Origin: an uncultured Ignavibacteriaceae bacterium
Lineage (GTDB): Bacteria > Bacteroidota > Ignavibacteria > Ignavibacteriales > Ignavibacteriaceae
Length of the DNA: 64,000 nt
NCBI GenBank assembly: GCA_964530445.1
Contig: CAZHBJ010000001.1
Location: 4,763 to 68,762, forward strand
Reading direction: 5' to 3'
How positions within the stretch are numbered: the stretch's first letter is position 1; every line of letters begins with the position of its first letter. The notes beneath the pieces were generated by a model. It did no database searches and was not told where the DNA came from. It saw only the letters and a program-made list of their open reading frames with translations. This document shows, one piece after another, positions 39,241-49,507 of the stretch. Both the position numbers and the translations under genes were made by a program.

Positions 39241-40818
39241 ATGATAAAAGAAATTATAATCAGTTCTTCTACCACACAAACACGCGTTGCAATCACGGAA
39301 GATGGGAATTTAGTCGACTTTTTTGTCGATTATCCTGAAAACCGTAGAACGGTGGGGGATATTTATTTGGGGAAGGTTGCACGTGTTTTACCGGGCATTA
39401 AAGCTGCGTTTATAGATATTGGAATGAAGCATGATGCATTTCTTCATTTTTCCGATATCGGGGCTAGAACTACTCAATTTCAGGAAATGTTGGGTGACGA
39501 TTCCGATGTAGATGAGGATGAAGAAGAAGATACCAATCATAAAAATAATAACCATTATAAAAGTGCAAGAAATGATTTTGCTAAAGAGGAGGTAGTTCCT
39601 AAACTCCATAAAGGCCAGGATATTTTAATCCAAATTACCAAAGAGCCGGTAAACAATAAAGGTGTAAGAGTTACATCCTCTGTTTCGCTTCCCGGGAGAT
39701 TCTGCGTGCTTTTACCTTTCGATAATAAAGTCGGAGTTTCAAAAAGAATTTCGGACTACAGGGAACGAAGACGATTAAGACATATTGCACGAGGTATTCT
39801 GCCGGAAAATTTCGGTTTAATAATTAGAACAGTTGCCAGGAACCAGACCGAAGAGTCCTTAAGAGATGATATGAATACACTCATTAAAACCTGGGAACAA
39901 ATTCAAAAAAATATAAAAACCGAAGAACCGCCTTCCCTAATTCATCAGGATCTTAATACAACTTCTAGCGTAATTAGAGATCTTTTTACTCCGGATGTAT
40001 CCAAGGTTTTTATAGACTCCAAAAAGCTTTATAAACAAATTAAAAATTATGTAGAGGTTGTTCAGCCCGGACTTGCAGACAAGATAGAATTATTCCGTTC
40101 AAACAATGCTATTTTCGATTCTTTTAAAGTGGAAGAACAGATAAAAACTTTAATGGGTCGAAAAGTTATGCTGCCCAGCGGCGGATACTTAATTATAGAA
40201 CATACCGAAGCAATGGTAGTAATTGATGTTAACAGCGGGAGATATGCTAAAAGTAAAGAACAGGAATTGAATTCCTTAAAAACCGATTTGGAAGCATCCA
40301 GAGAAATTGCAAGGCAGCTGCGGTTAAGAGATATCGGCGGAATAATAGTTATAGATTTTATCGATCTGGAGGATGAAAAAAACCGGAAAAAAATATTTGA
40401 TGAACTAAAGAAAGAATTTAGAAAAGATCGAGCAAAAGTTTCAATATTGCCAATGTCAGATTTCGGTTTAGTGCAAATTACACGGCAGCGCATAAGGCAG
40501 AATATTATGCAGGCAATGAAGGAAGTCTGCCCGTACTGTCTGGGCACCGGTCTTCTTACAAAGCATTCCCATATTGTTTACGATCTTGAAGGATGGATAC
40601 AGAAGTTCAAGAAAATTTCCAATGAGAGATCACTGCTTATTAAATGTCATCCTTTGGTTGCATCAAAATTGAGAGAAAGTACATTCAAATCCATATTCAA
40701 GCTGCAGCTTAAATATTTTGTAAGGTTAAAGCTGATTGAAGATGAAAGCATGTCTTTGGGACAGATAAAATTTTTCTCTAAAAAAACCCAACGGGAGTTA
40801 ACGGAAGAAGTTAATTAA
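39241..40818 (+). CDS. rng: Ribonuclease G/E family endoribonuclease
   Basis: 525 aa. N-terminus MIKEIIISSSTTQTRVAITEDGNLVDFF. S1 domain GDIYLGKVARVLPGIKAAFIDIG. Catalytic region VVIDVNSG. Zinc-link motif CPYCLGTG. Confidence 0.85.
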   Translation: MIKEIIISSSTTQTRVAITEDGNLVDFFVDYPENRRTVGDIYLGKVARVLPGIKAAFIDIGMKHDAFLHFSDIGARTTQFQEMLGDDSDVDEDEEEDTNHKNNNHYKSARNDFAKEEVVPKLHKGQDILIQITKEPVNNKGVRVTSSVSLPGRFCVLLPFDNKVGVSKRISDYRERRRLRHIARGILPENFGLIIRTVARNQTEESLRDDMNTLIKTWEQIQKNIKTEEPPSLIHQDLNTTSSVIRDLFTPDVSKVFIDSKKLYKQIKNYVEVVQPGLADKIELFRSNNAIFDSFKVEEQIKTLMGRKVMLPSGGYLIIEHTEAMVVIDVNSGRYAKSKEQELNSLKTDLEASREIARQLRLRDIGGIIVIDFIDLEDEKNRKKIFDELKKEFRKDRAKVSILPMSDFGLVQITRQRIRQNIMQAMKEVCPYCLGTGLLTKHSHIVYDLEGWIQKFKKISNERSLLIKCHPLVASKLRESTFKSIFKLQLKYFVRLKLIEDESMSLGQIKFFSKKTQRELTEEVN

Positions 40819-40874
40819 AATTTTTAAATCAAAAAAATCCAATATTCATAAAAAACTGATTATTTTTAAATACA

Positions 40875-41957
40875 ATGAAGAAGACAACATTTTATTCCAT
40901 CCACGAAAAACTCGGTGCAAAGATTGTTGAATTTGCAGGTTATCTTATGCCTATTCAATATTCCTCTATTATTGCAGAACATAAGGCAGTAAGAAACTCC
41001 TCAGGCGTTTTTGATGTTTCGCATATGGGAGAAGTAATTGTTTCCGGGGATAAAGCGCTGGATTTTGTTCAATATATAACTGTTAACGATGCTTCAAAGC
41101 TTACTCCGGGAAGAGTTCAATATTCCGCTATGTGTTACAATGACGGCGGCATAGTTGACGACTTATTAGTATACAGGCTGTCTGATAATGAGTTTATGCT
41201 TGTTATAAATGCTTCAAACATTGAAAAAGATTTTAACTGGATGACCGGGAATAACAAATTTAATGTTAAGCTAGATAATCAAAGCGATGAGTATTCCCTT
41301 TTAGCTGTCCAAGGTCCCAATGCTAAAGACATATTACAAAAAATATGTGTAAGTGAATTGGATTTGGAATATTACCATTTTTTTAATGCTAAAATTGCCG
41401 GTTATGATATGCTGGTTTCTAGGACAGGGTATACAGGTGAACTGGGATATGAATTATATTTCAAAGGCGATGAAAAAATAGCTGAAGATGTTTGGAATAA
41501 ACTCTTTGAAGCCGGGAAAGATTTCGGTTTACAGGCTGTCGGTTTAGGAGCAAGAGATTCATTAAGATTGGAAATGGGATTTTGCTTATACGGTAATGAT
41601 ATAGATAAAACAACGAATCCGCTCGAAGCAGGACTGGGATGGATTACAAAATTGAACAAAGATGATTTTATCGGGAAGGAATCATTAATACAAGTAAAAA
41701 AAGACGGGTTAAAGAGAAAATTAACTGCGATGATTTCGGATGAAAAATCTTTTCCGCGTCACGGATACGATTTAACGGTGAACAATAAAAAGGTGGGTAC
41801 AATCACAAGCGGAACTGTAAGTCCAATACTTGACAAACCAATAGCTCTTGGTTATGTTGATGCAGAATATGTAAATGATAATTCAACAATTAATTTTTTA
41901 ATACGCGGAAAGGAAATCCCGGCAAGAATTGTTAAGCTTCCGTTCGTTAAAAAATAA
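40875..41957 (+). CDS. gcvT: Glycine cleavage system aminomethyltransferase (T protein)
   Basis: 360 aa. Sequence HEKLGAKIVEFAGYLMPIQYSSIIAEHKAVRNSSGVFDVSHMGE. Confidence 0.9.
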   Translation: MKKTTFYSIHEKLGAKIVEFAGYLMPIQYSSIIAEHKAVRNSSGVFDVSHMGEVIVSGDKALDFVQYITVNDASKLTPGRVQYSAMCYNDGGIVDDLLVYRLSDNEFMLVINASNIEKDFNWMTGNNKFNVKLDNQSDEYSLLAVQGPNAKDILQKICVSELDLEYYHFFNAKIAGYDMLVSRTGYTGELGYELYFKGDEKIAEDVWNKLFEAGKDFGLQAVGLGARDSLRLEMGFCLYGNDIDKTTNPLEAGLGWITKLNKDDFIGKESLIQVKKDGLKRKLTAMISDEKSFPRHGYDLTVNNKKVGTITSGTVSPILDKPIALGYVDAEYVNDNSTINFLIRGKEIPARIVKLPFVKK

Positions 41958-41971
41958 AAAGCACAAGTAAC

Positions 41972-42730
41972 ATGAAGATTAATGTACTTCTTTCTCCTAT
42001 TAGTGTTGATGAACTTTATTTTACCGGTAAGACTACCGTAGTTATCGATATACTTAGAGCTACAACTACTATTATTTCCGCATTAGGCAACGGGGCCAAA
42101 GAAATAATTCCTGTTGCAACTGTTGAATTTGCCGTTAAGGTTTCCGGCGGAATGTTCGGAGGTCAAACATTGCTCGGAGGTGAACGCAATACTAAAAAAA
42201 TTGAAGGTTTTGCTCTCGGTAATTCCCCTATGGAATATTCCGAAGATATTATCTCGGGAAAGTCTATAATTTTATATACAACAAACGGGACAAAGGCAAT
42301 TGTTAAAGCTAAATTTTCCGGCGAGCTTTTTATTTGTGCTTTCTCCAATATTTCGGCTCTTGCTGAACATCTTGTAAAACTAAATAAGGACGTTGAAATA
42401 TTATGTGCTGGCAGGTTAAATAATTTTTCTATGGAAGATACTGTTTGTGCCGGGAAATTGATAAACGAAATTGTAAAGCTTAACAATGATACAATTTTAA
42501 CGGACTCCGCTATAGCAAGCGTTTCTTTAAATAAATCATTCGGAAAAAGCTTATTGAAAATGCTTAAAGAGACCGAGCACGGCAAACTTCTTATTGAAAA
42601 CGGATATGAAGAAGATTTAAAATTTTGCAGTAAATTAAATACTACCGATTCAATTCCATATTTTACGGGGAATATACTTAAATTAATTACCAACAATAAA
42701 GATATCTCTTCCAGCGAACACGAGAATTAA
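41972..42730 (+). CDS. comB: 2-phosphosulfolactate phosphatase family protein
   Basis: 252 aa. ComB pattern: VVIDILRATTTIISAL...LLGGERNTKKIEGFALGNSP...YTTNGTKAI. Confidence 0.75.
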   Translation: MKINVLLSPISVDELYFTGKTTVVIDILRATTTIISALGNGAKEIIPVATVEFAVKVSGGMFGGQTLLGGERNTKKIEGFALGNSPMEYSEDIISGKSIILYTTNGTKAIVKAKFSGELFICAFSNISALAEHLVKLNKDVEILCAGRLNNFSMEDTVCAGKLINEIVKLNNDTILTDSAIASVSLNKSFGKSLLKMLKETEHGKLLIENGYEEDLKFCSKLNTTDSIPYFTGNILKLITNNKDISSSEHEN

Positions 42731-42741
42731 ATAAATTAGAA

Positions 42742-45207
42742 ATGGCTGCAAAGAAAAAAGCTAAGATAAATAAGAGTACCGGCAAAGAGAAATATTTTGT
42801 TATATCACCGGAAAAGAAAAAAAAGATAGCCGGTATACTGCTTATCCTGTTCTCGGTTATTCTTCTTTTAAGTATTGTTTCATATTCAAGATTCGATAAG
42901 GCAAATCTTAATTATAAATTTTCGGATTTATTCAAAGTTTTCGGATCCAACTCAAACTTTATTCATAAAGCCGATACTACGCATAACTGGCTCGGAATAT
43001 TCGGCGCATATATTTCCGATTTCTTTATAAACTCAACTCTCGGTGTATTCTCTTCGGTATTTCCGCTTATATTTTTTCTGTGGGGAGTTTCCTTTATTCA
43101 TAAAATTAACTTCAGAAAGCTAATTAATTATACTAATTTCCTTCTAATTACCGGAATAATTCTCTCGACCTTCTTCGGTATTTTGTTGAGTCATTATAAA
43201 GTTTTTACGAGTGCTTATGAATTATCCGGTTCCGTAGGCGGTTACCTGGGAGAAGCATTAAGCCGGCTGCTTGGCGGTATCGGGGGAATCTTCTTTTTAA
43301 TAACGGCAAGTACAATATTATTAATATTTGCCTTCGATATTAAGATTGAAAAAATAGTTTTATTCTTTAAGAACGCTTTGCTCGCATCAGAAAGTGCGGT
43401 TAAAAATGAACCTGAGAGCAGCAGTCCGGCTAATCAAAATAATTCCAACATAAATAAAATTAAAGAATTAGGTAAGGAAAAGAAAAAGAAGAAAAAGCTC
43501 ACTAAAAAAGAAGATGTATCTGCTGCAGAGCTGATGGAAGCCGAAGCTAAACAAACAAACATTAAGATAGTCCGTAAAAATGATATACCTTCAAAGCCTG
43601 AAGTTAATGAAGTTCAAAACGAAGAAAATAAAAAAGTTGATCTTGAAAAAACCGGTGAAATAAACGTAAAAGAAATAAACAGGGAAAAGGAAGCGGAACT
43701 TCCAAATCAATGGGAAGAAAAAATAAGTTTTAAAAATCCCGGCCTCGATTTGCTCGAACCTATACAGGAAGAAAATTTTAAAGTTGCGGAAGAAGAACTT
43801 AAACGTAATGCGGAACTGCTTAAAGAAAAATTAAAATTGTTCGACATAGATATTGAAGATATTACCGTAACACCCGGACCGGTTGTAACGCTTTATGAAA
43901 TTGTTCCGGCACCCGGAGTTAAAATTAGCCGGATTGTCGGCCTTGAACATGACATTGCTTTGGCATTGGCTGCCAGAGGTATTAGGATTATTGCACCGAT
44001 TCCGGGAAAAAGTGCAATCGGTGTTGAAATACCAAATGCGGTAGCTTCATTGGTTAATGCACGATCTGTCCTTGGTAAAATATCGGAATCAAAAGCCGAG
44101 CTGCCTGTTGCACTGGGCAAAACTATAAACGGCGATGTTTATGTAACCGATTTATCAAAAATGCCGCATCTTTTAATTGCAGGTTCAACAGGTTCGGGAA
44201 AAAGTGTCGGTATAAACATGATTATTGCAAGCCTGCTTTATACTAAAATGCCTTCGGAAGTTAAGCTGATAATGATTGATCCCAAGAAGATTGAGCTGTC
44301 GTTTTATAATAAATTACGCCGTCATTATCTTGCAGTATCTCCGGATCTTGAAGAAGAAATAATAACAAATCCACAAAATGCGGTTTTACTTCTTAAGTCC
44401 GTTGAGTTTGAGATGGAAAAGCGTTACGATAAGCTTGCAAAGGCTGGAGTTAGAAATATTGTAGATTATAATCAAAAGGTTCAAGATCCAAAGCGAAGAC
44501 CAAAAGATACCGATGAAATTAAACATCATCCCATTCCGTATCTGGTTGTAATAATTGATGAGCTTGCGGATTTAATGATTACTGCAGGTAAAGAAGTTGA
44601 AGAGCCAATTGCAAGACTTGCTCAATTAGCAAGAGCGGTAGGTATTCATCTTGTACTTGCAACGCAAAGACCTTCGGTAAATGTTATTACAGGTGTTATT
44701 AAGGCAAACTTTAGCGCAAGAATTGCTTACCAGGTAGCAACCAAAATCGATTCAAGAACAATACTTGATATGAACGGGGCAGAACAGCTTCTTGGTAAAG
44801 GCGATATGCTTTTTCTGCCGACCGGTTCTCCGAAACCTATTCGTATTCAAAACGCTTTTATTTCTACTGATGAAGTTGAAAGATTAACCGATTATATTCA
44901 GAAGCAGCCGGCATTCTCAAAACCGTTTTTCCTTCCTTCATTATATGATAAGAAGAAACAATCATCGAGCGGATTTTTATCCGATCTTGACCCGATGTTT
45001 GAAGATGCGGCGAGAGTAATTGTAAGACATCAGCAGGGTTCCGTATCACTGCTCCAAAGAAGATTAAAGCTAGGTTATTCAAGAGCTGCCAGAATTGTTG
45101 ATCAGCTGGAGGAGGCTGGTGTTGTGGGCCCGAACGACGGCAGCAAGGCGCGCACCGTACTTGTAGAAAATGAAGAGCAGCTTGAGACTATTTTGCGGTC
45201 ACTTTAA
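42742..45207 (+). CDS. ftsK: DNA translocase FtsK
   Basis: 821 aa. N-terminal TM helices and a K/E-rich linker. Walker A motif LLIAGSTGSGKS. Walker B region VVIIDELADLM. C-terminal gamma winged-helix segment SVSLLQRRLKLGYSRAARIVDQLE. Confidence 0.95.
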   Translation: MAAKKKAKINKSTGKEKYFVISPEKKKKIAGILLILFSVILLLSIVSYSRFDKANLNYKFSDLFKVFGSNSNFIHKADTTHNWLGIFGAYISDFFINSTLGVFSSVFPLIFFLWGVSFIHKINFRKLINYTNFLLITGIILSTFFGILLSHYKVFTSAYELSGSVGGYLGEALSRLLGGIGGIFFLITASTILLIFAFDIKIEKIVLFFKNALLASESAVKNEPESSSPANQNNSNINKIKELGKEKKKKKKLTKKEDVSAAELMEAEAKQTNIKIVRKNDIPSKPEVNEVQNEENKKVDLEKTGEINVKEINREKEAELPNQWEEKISFKNPGLDLLEPIQEENFKVAEEELKRNAELLKEKLKLFDIDIEDITVTPGPVVTLYEIVPAPGVKISRIVGLEHDIALALAARGIRIIAPIPGKSAIGVEIPNAVASLVNARSVLGKISESKAELPVALGKTINGDVYVTDLSKMPHLLIAGSTGSGKSVGINMIIASLLYTKMPSEVKLIMIDPKKIELSFYNKLRRHYLAVSPDLEEEIITNPQNAVLLLKSVEFEMEKRYDKLAKAGVRNIVDYNQKVQDPKRRPKDTDEIKHHPIPYLVVIIDELADLMITAGKEVEEPIARLAQLARAVGIHLVLATQRPSVNVITGVIKANFSARIAYQVATKIDSRTILDMNGAEQLLGKGDMLFLPTGSPKPIRIQNAFISTDEVERLTDYIQKQPAFSKPFFLPSLYDKKKQSSSGFLSDLDPMFEDAARVIVRHQQGSVSLLQRRLKLGYSRAARIVDQLEEAGVVGPNDGSKARTVLVENEEQLETILRSL

Positions 45208-45222
45208 ATGTAATTGTCTTTT

Positions 45223-45477
45223 TTAATTATTCTCTTCCGGATTTTCCTTTTCCAATATATTATTATTTGATTGCTCCTTTTTCTTAGTACCGCTGAACAT
45301 ACTTACCAAAATAAGACCGATAATGAGTCCGATTAAAAATGTAATTGAAATTACAACAATAGTCGACATCTCGAATTTCCAGAATAAAACATTTAAAGGA
45401 ATTATGTTCGTATTTTGAGAAACGAAAACCGTAAAAAGAATTATAATTATCACAAGAATTATAATTTTAGCTTTCAT
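45223..45477 (-). CDS. LapA/DUF1049-like small inner-membrane protein
   Basis: 84 aa with two TM helices. It contains the NIIPLNVLFWKFEMSTIVV pattern typical of the LapA domain. Confidence 0.55.
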   Translation of the reverse strand: MKAKIIILVIIIILFTVFVSQNTNIIPLNVLFWKFEMSTIVVISITFLIGLIIGLILVSMFSGTKKKEQSNNNILEKENPEENN

Positions 45478-45680
45478 CTTTTAATCTTTCGAGCTATTTA
45501 TTAAATAAAGCTGCATTTATTTTAAATAAGCGACTATAAAAAATTAGTAAAATAGAATTATAAAATAAAGATGTTAAGAATATTGCTTAGAAGCTAATCC
45601 TTTTCCCTTTTTATAAAATTAAAAATTTGCAAAAAAGTTTAGGCAAATAAAATTGTTAGTCTGTTTTAATTAAAATGAAA

Positions 45681-46364
45681 TTAGTTCTTTAATAACTTGC
45701 CGGCCAATATTTTCATTTTGTTTTTTACTTCATGCTCTTGTTCTTTATCCATTTTTAATGATTGGATGGATTTAAAGTCATCATAAGCATCTTCGTTTAA
45801 GCCGAGATCAAAAAGTACATCTGCAAAGTAAATTCTGAAAGCGGCTATTTTGTTTGTCTCGGGATATTTCCTAAAAGTTTCTTTTGCATCAACCACAGCG
45901 GATTCTTTAAATCCGCTTTCCGCAAGCTGAACCGCACCGTTTAGTCTTTTAATTCCGAAATTATCCGATTTAACAATCGGTGTTTTGATGCCATTAATCT
46001 CTGCACCGTATACGGCTGTGTTTTTAGAATTTAACTTCTCGTTTTTCTTAGGCGCATTAAGCATATCTTCCATTGCAAGCGCAAGGATTAAATCGTTTAC
46101 AGTCATCTTTTTTATACGTGATAACGGCAGCACCGAAAAGCTTTTTAATTTTAAATTAATATTTTCACCGGACAACCGGATAGAAGAATTCCTTCCCGTT
46201 GAAATTACGGTATTGGCTGATAAAGATTTACCGTTTGAAACACTAACCCAGTTTTCGCTGGTTCCAATTTGTGCGGTAACATTGCCTTCAACATTATCAG
46301 CTTCAAATGTTTGGGCTGATAAAAATCCTGCACATATAAAAAATATAACAATTATTGTTTTCAT
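45681..46364 (-). CDS. Secreted hypothetical protein, FecR-like N-terminal region plus helical (TPR-like) C-terminus
   Basis: The track ORF starts at a TTG at 46376. The ATG at 46364 is preceded by GAGGGAA and gives MKTIIVIFFICAGFLSAQ (signal peptide). The segment GNVTAQIGTSENWVSVSNGKSLSANTVISTGRNSSIRL resembles FecR-type domains. Confidence 0.5.
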   Translation of the reverse strand: MKTIIVIFFICAGFLSAQTFEADNVEGNVTAQIGTSENWVSVSNGKSLSANTVISTGRNSSIRLSGENINLKLKSFSVLPLSRIKKMTVNDLILALAMEDMLNAPKKNEKLNSKNTAVYGAEINGIKTPIVKSDNFGIKRLNGAVQLAESGFKESAVVDAKETFRKYPETNKIAAFRIYFADVLFDLGLNEDAYDDFKSIQSLKMDKEQEHEVKNKMKILAGKLLKN

Positions 46365-46408
46365 CTTTTCCCTCAATTAAATCCATTAATAAAAATCATT
46401 TTTTCAAA

Positions 46409-48406
46409 TTAATAAACGTCTACAATTTCTACATTCCCTTTTGCAATTCCCAGTTCATTTAAAGCATCGTTATTAAATTTTTGCGAACCCAAATCCCAAG
46501 CAGTATCAAAGTTGGTTAAAGAAGTGGTTTCCACGGGTATCCAAACCTCATCGACCCCGTTCTCATTTTTCCTTATGAAATATTTTCTATCATTTTTAGT
46601 TATCAGTTTCGCCTGATCGGGAGAAAGCTGTGTATTAATAAGTATATTAACATGGCCGATACCGTCAACAGGTTTATAATCCACAAGTGCTGTTTGAATC
46701 CCTATACTTTCCAGCAAAGAACTATAGCAAACACTTAAGTCATCGCAATTGCCGCCTTTTAACTTTAATGTTTCATGTGGGAACTGTACATAATCGGACT
46801 CGGCTCTTGGCGTGGATGTGTATACCAATTTCTTAACAAAATTGTTAAACAAAATTTTTGCCTTATAAAAAATAGATACTGCATAGGAAAGCGTATCCAG
46901 CTCTTTTTTATATTTACTTAAAATATTTTTTGAATAATCCATTGAGTACTGAAGATCTCTTTTAATAAAATATCTTAAATAAATTACCTTGCCGTTCCAG
47001 GCATTTATCCCGTTTACTAAAATCGGTTTTTGCAGTCTATCGTCAAGATTATTGTCTTTAGTGGTTAAGTAAAAATCCACATAAGAAATTCCTGGTTTGG
47101 TTTTATTGTAAGATTCCGGGATGATGGTAAAAAAAGGAACATCTACGGTGTCTTTAGGGGGAATCTTAACCGGGGGAGAATCGATTTTATCTCCGTTTAC
47201 TCCTTCAATTTTACTCGATGGTTTTATAGTAATATAATGATCGGTTAAATTGGCTACCTTACATGACGCAAACGGCTTTGTTAAATAATTATCGGTAAGT
47301 GTCGGGTAAATTTCATTTAAAATTTTTCCATCTACAAATTCTGCCGTTTTAGTTGATATGGTATTTAGAGTAAATGTTAATGTTAATACTGCTTTATCAT
47401 AACTATACCGGTTGTTTATAATATTATTTATTCCTTTATTCATAAAAGTTAAAAAAGAATTCGAAACATTCCGGTTTGAAAAATATTTTACTCCCGAAAG
47501 TGTAATTCCAAATAATTTGGACGAATATGCCACCGCCGGTTCTATCCCTGCAATGTAAGGATTTTGAAAATGGTCATGAAATGCAGTTAATCCTATTCCT
47601 ATTTGGCCGCCGAATGCTTGTATGTAGCTGTTAATTCCTGCCTGGAAAGCATTTTCAGTTTCGTATAGAAAATTTAAACCTAATTGTTTTGCCGGGCTGT
47701 AGGAAATTCCAAGAAGTGCTCCTTTCGGCTTTTTAATTTCATATTGTGCAATGTCGGAGCCTACAGTATTTTCATTTAAATCGAGAAGATTTATTGAAGA
47801 TAATGAAAGCAGAATGTTGCCGGCAGGGGAATAATTAATTCCGATATCCCCGCGCCAAAAGTTTGCATTTTCAATTTGGTTTTGGCTAATTAAATACACA
47901 GTATCGGAGAAAACCGGAAGTACCGATTCCTGATTAATTTGCTGTTTGAAATAACGAAGACTGAATCCGGCACTTACGTTGTCGGAGAATTTATATGAAT
48001 AACCTAAGCCGAATAGTTCTTTATAAGTAAGTTTTGTATTAAGTGATTGTGCGGAGGAATCTTGCAGGATGATAGACTGCCCGTTATTAAATACAAATTC
48101 TTTTTGATATCCCGGTGTATACCTTAGGGTAATAAAATGATTACCGAGCTTTTTTGATAATGATATAAGATACAGGTTTGAAGTTGAATTATTTGCAAAC
48201 TCGTCTCCGTAGGAAAGTGTTAAACCCCAATCTTTAAGCGAAATAAAATTGGAAGGACTGCTTTCAAAGCTGTTCATCAATGAATATTCACTTTTATCCG
48301 GATTCCAGTATCCCGTTAATCCGAACGAACTTTGCGCCCATATCTTAACCGTACTTATCATTAAAGTAATTATTACTAAATAAAATGTAAATAATATTTT
48401 CTTCAA
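46409..48406 (-). CDS. Secreted 665-aa protein: predicted beta-barrel-like N-terminal half fused to a C-terminal transglutaminase-like cysteine protease fold
   Basis: TTG start in a TTGA overlap with the upstream stop. Signal peptide: MKKILFTFYLVIITLMISTVKIWAQ. Residues about 25-330 show amphipathic strand segments ending in aromatics (ITLRYTPGY, GLGYSYKF, AGFSLRYF, LGISYSP). C-terminal motifs: KGGNCDDLSVCYSSLLESIGIQTALV, GHVNILI, WIPVETT. Confidence 0.55.
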   Translation of the reverse strand: MKKILFTFYLVIITLMISTVKIWAQSSFGLTGYWNPDKSEYSLMNSFESSPSNFISLKDWGLTLSYGDEFANNSTSNLYLISLSKKLGNHFITLRYTPGYQKEFVFNNGQSIILQDSSAQSLNTKLTYKELFGLGYSYKFSDNVSAGFSLRYFKQQINQESVLPVFSDTVYLISQNQIENANFWRGDIGINYSPAGNILLSLSSINLLDLNENTVGSDIAQYEIKKPKGALLGISYSPAKQLGLNFLYETENAFQAGINSYIQAFGGQIGIGLTAFHDHFQNPYIAGIEPAVAYSSKLFGITLSGVKYFSNRNVSNSFLTFMNKGINNIINNRYSYDKAVLTLTFTLNTISTKTAEFVDGKILNEIYPTLTDNYLTKPFASCKVANLTDHYITIKPSSKIEGVNGDKIDSPPVKIPPKDTVDVPFFTIIPESYNKTKPGISYVDFYLTTKDNNLDDRLQKPILVNGINAWNGKVIYLRYFIKRDLQYSMDYSKNILSKYKKELDTLSYAVSIFYKAKILFNNFVKKLVYTSTPRAESDYVQFPHETLKLKGGNCDDLSVCYSSLLESIGIQTALVDYKPVDGIGHVNILINTQLSPDQAKLITKNDRKYFIRKNENGVDEVWIPVETTSLTNFDTAWDLGSQKFNNDALNELGIAKGNVEIVDVY

Positions 48407-49338
48407 GGAATATCTAGGATTATACTATGAATACTTTGTGACGATACCAATATATTATTTCCGTCGGCATTTTTAGTTGCTGTGTATGCTCTTACAAATG
48501 AAAAGACAATTTTGTCGTATTTGTTTGAAGGAATTGAATTAAGCAGCTTATCCGGAATAATTAATTTCCCGCTGTCATTCCCGGTAATTTTAAATAACGG
48601 AATCGGATTCTTTTGGTTCCTTGCTATTACACCCAATATAATATCAATGTGTTTTTGATAAGCAGAATTCCAGTTAAGTTCCGCTGCAAGAGTTTTATCC
48701 TTTAGTCTGCCTGTTAACTTAACTTTCCCGACAACTTCCGGAGGAGTAGCAATATCAAAATCGATGGATTTACCGAATGTTGTTGATATTTGAAATTTTA
48801 TGGATGAATTATACGGGAAATTGAACCGGTACATTGGATTGAACATTCGGCTGCTTAAAATATATCTGTCTCCCAGCAATGTATCTATAAAATGACCCAG
48901 GTAATGATACCTAACTCTAAAGGGGATCAATCTTGCATGGTGATAATCGAATTGAATATCACCCGGCAATATGGTATGATAGCCAATAATTCTGCCATTT
49001 AAACCTCTAACCGGACTTTTTTTATCTAAAAATAAAGCTTGGGCAGAAGATATTTTTTCTGTATAAGAATTAAAAGTAATCTTTGTACCGACCACATAAA
49101 TAATACTGGCGTAAGCAGTATCGGAAACGGCAACGCCGGTTGTATCAAATCCGTTATTATATAAACCATCGGAGGTATCTTTAGAAGCAACTTGAATCTG
49201 GATCGGGGCTTGGCTGCTGCTATTACCCTGAACTAATTCGGTCGGCGCCGGGCTGTCGCATCCGTTAAAAATCGAAACGGCGGCAAAAAGTAATATGATT
49301 AAATTATAAATAATTATATTTTTCATCTTATTCAACAT
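48403..49338 (-). CDS. Hypothetical lipoprotein
   Basis: The track ORF starts at 49392. The ATG at 49338 or 49326 gives M(LNKM)KNIIIYNLIILLFAAVSIFNGC, with a lipobox Cys. No family recognised. Confidence 0.5.
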   Translation of the reverse strand: MLNKMKNIIIYNLIILLFAAVSIFNGCDSPAPTELVQGNSSSQAPIQIQVASKDTSDGLYNNGFDTTGVAVSDTAYASIIYVVGTKITFNSYTEKISSAQALFLDKKSPVRGLNGRIIGYHTILPGDIQFDYHHARLIPFRVRYHYLGHFIDTLLGDRYILSSRMFNPMYRFNFPYNSSIKFQISTTFGKSIDFDIATPPEVVGKVKLTGRLKDKTLAAELNWNSAYQKHIDIILGVIARNQKNPIPLFKITGNDSGKLIIPDKLLNSIPSNKYDKIVFSFVRAYTATKNADGNNILVSSQSIHSIILDIP

Positions 49339-49430
49339 AATATTGCAATAATTTATTTTCAATCTAATTAATGTGAAATAGCCCTGGCACACACTATTGG
49401 TTTATCTAATTTTCGCATAAATAAAGTCAC

Positions 49431-49479
49431 AAATAATTAAATTCTCCCCGCCCTAGATTTACGGGGAGAATTATTTTTT
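49431..49479 (-). terminator. Strong hairpin between the two lipoprotein genes (terminator, possibly bidirectional)
   Basis: ATTCTCCCCG-(11 nt)-CGGGGAGAAT forms a 10-bp stem at 49441-49471. It is flanked by TTAATTATTT on the minus strand and TATTTTTTA on the plus strand, 37 nt after the stop of the 315-aa gene. Confidence 0.6.
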
Positions 49480-49507
49480 AATTAACTATTTCAGAATATT
49501 TAAGAGC

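Noticed and set aside
40062-40547. 161-aa antisense ORF inside rng
   Set aside because: Same reasoning: the sense frame is clearly RNase G/E, and the antisense ORF is a shadow frame.
40819-40874. Possible glycine riboswitch upstream of gcvT
   Set aside because: The spacer is only 56 nt and almost pure A/T, far too short and unstructured for a glycine riboswitch aptamer.
42163-42696. 177-aa antisense ORF inside comB
   Set aside because: The sense frame matches the 2-phosphosulfolactate phosphatase family along its whole length. The antisense translation has no motifs and a biased composition.
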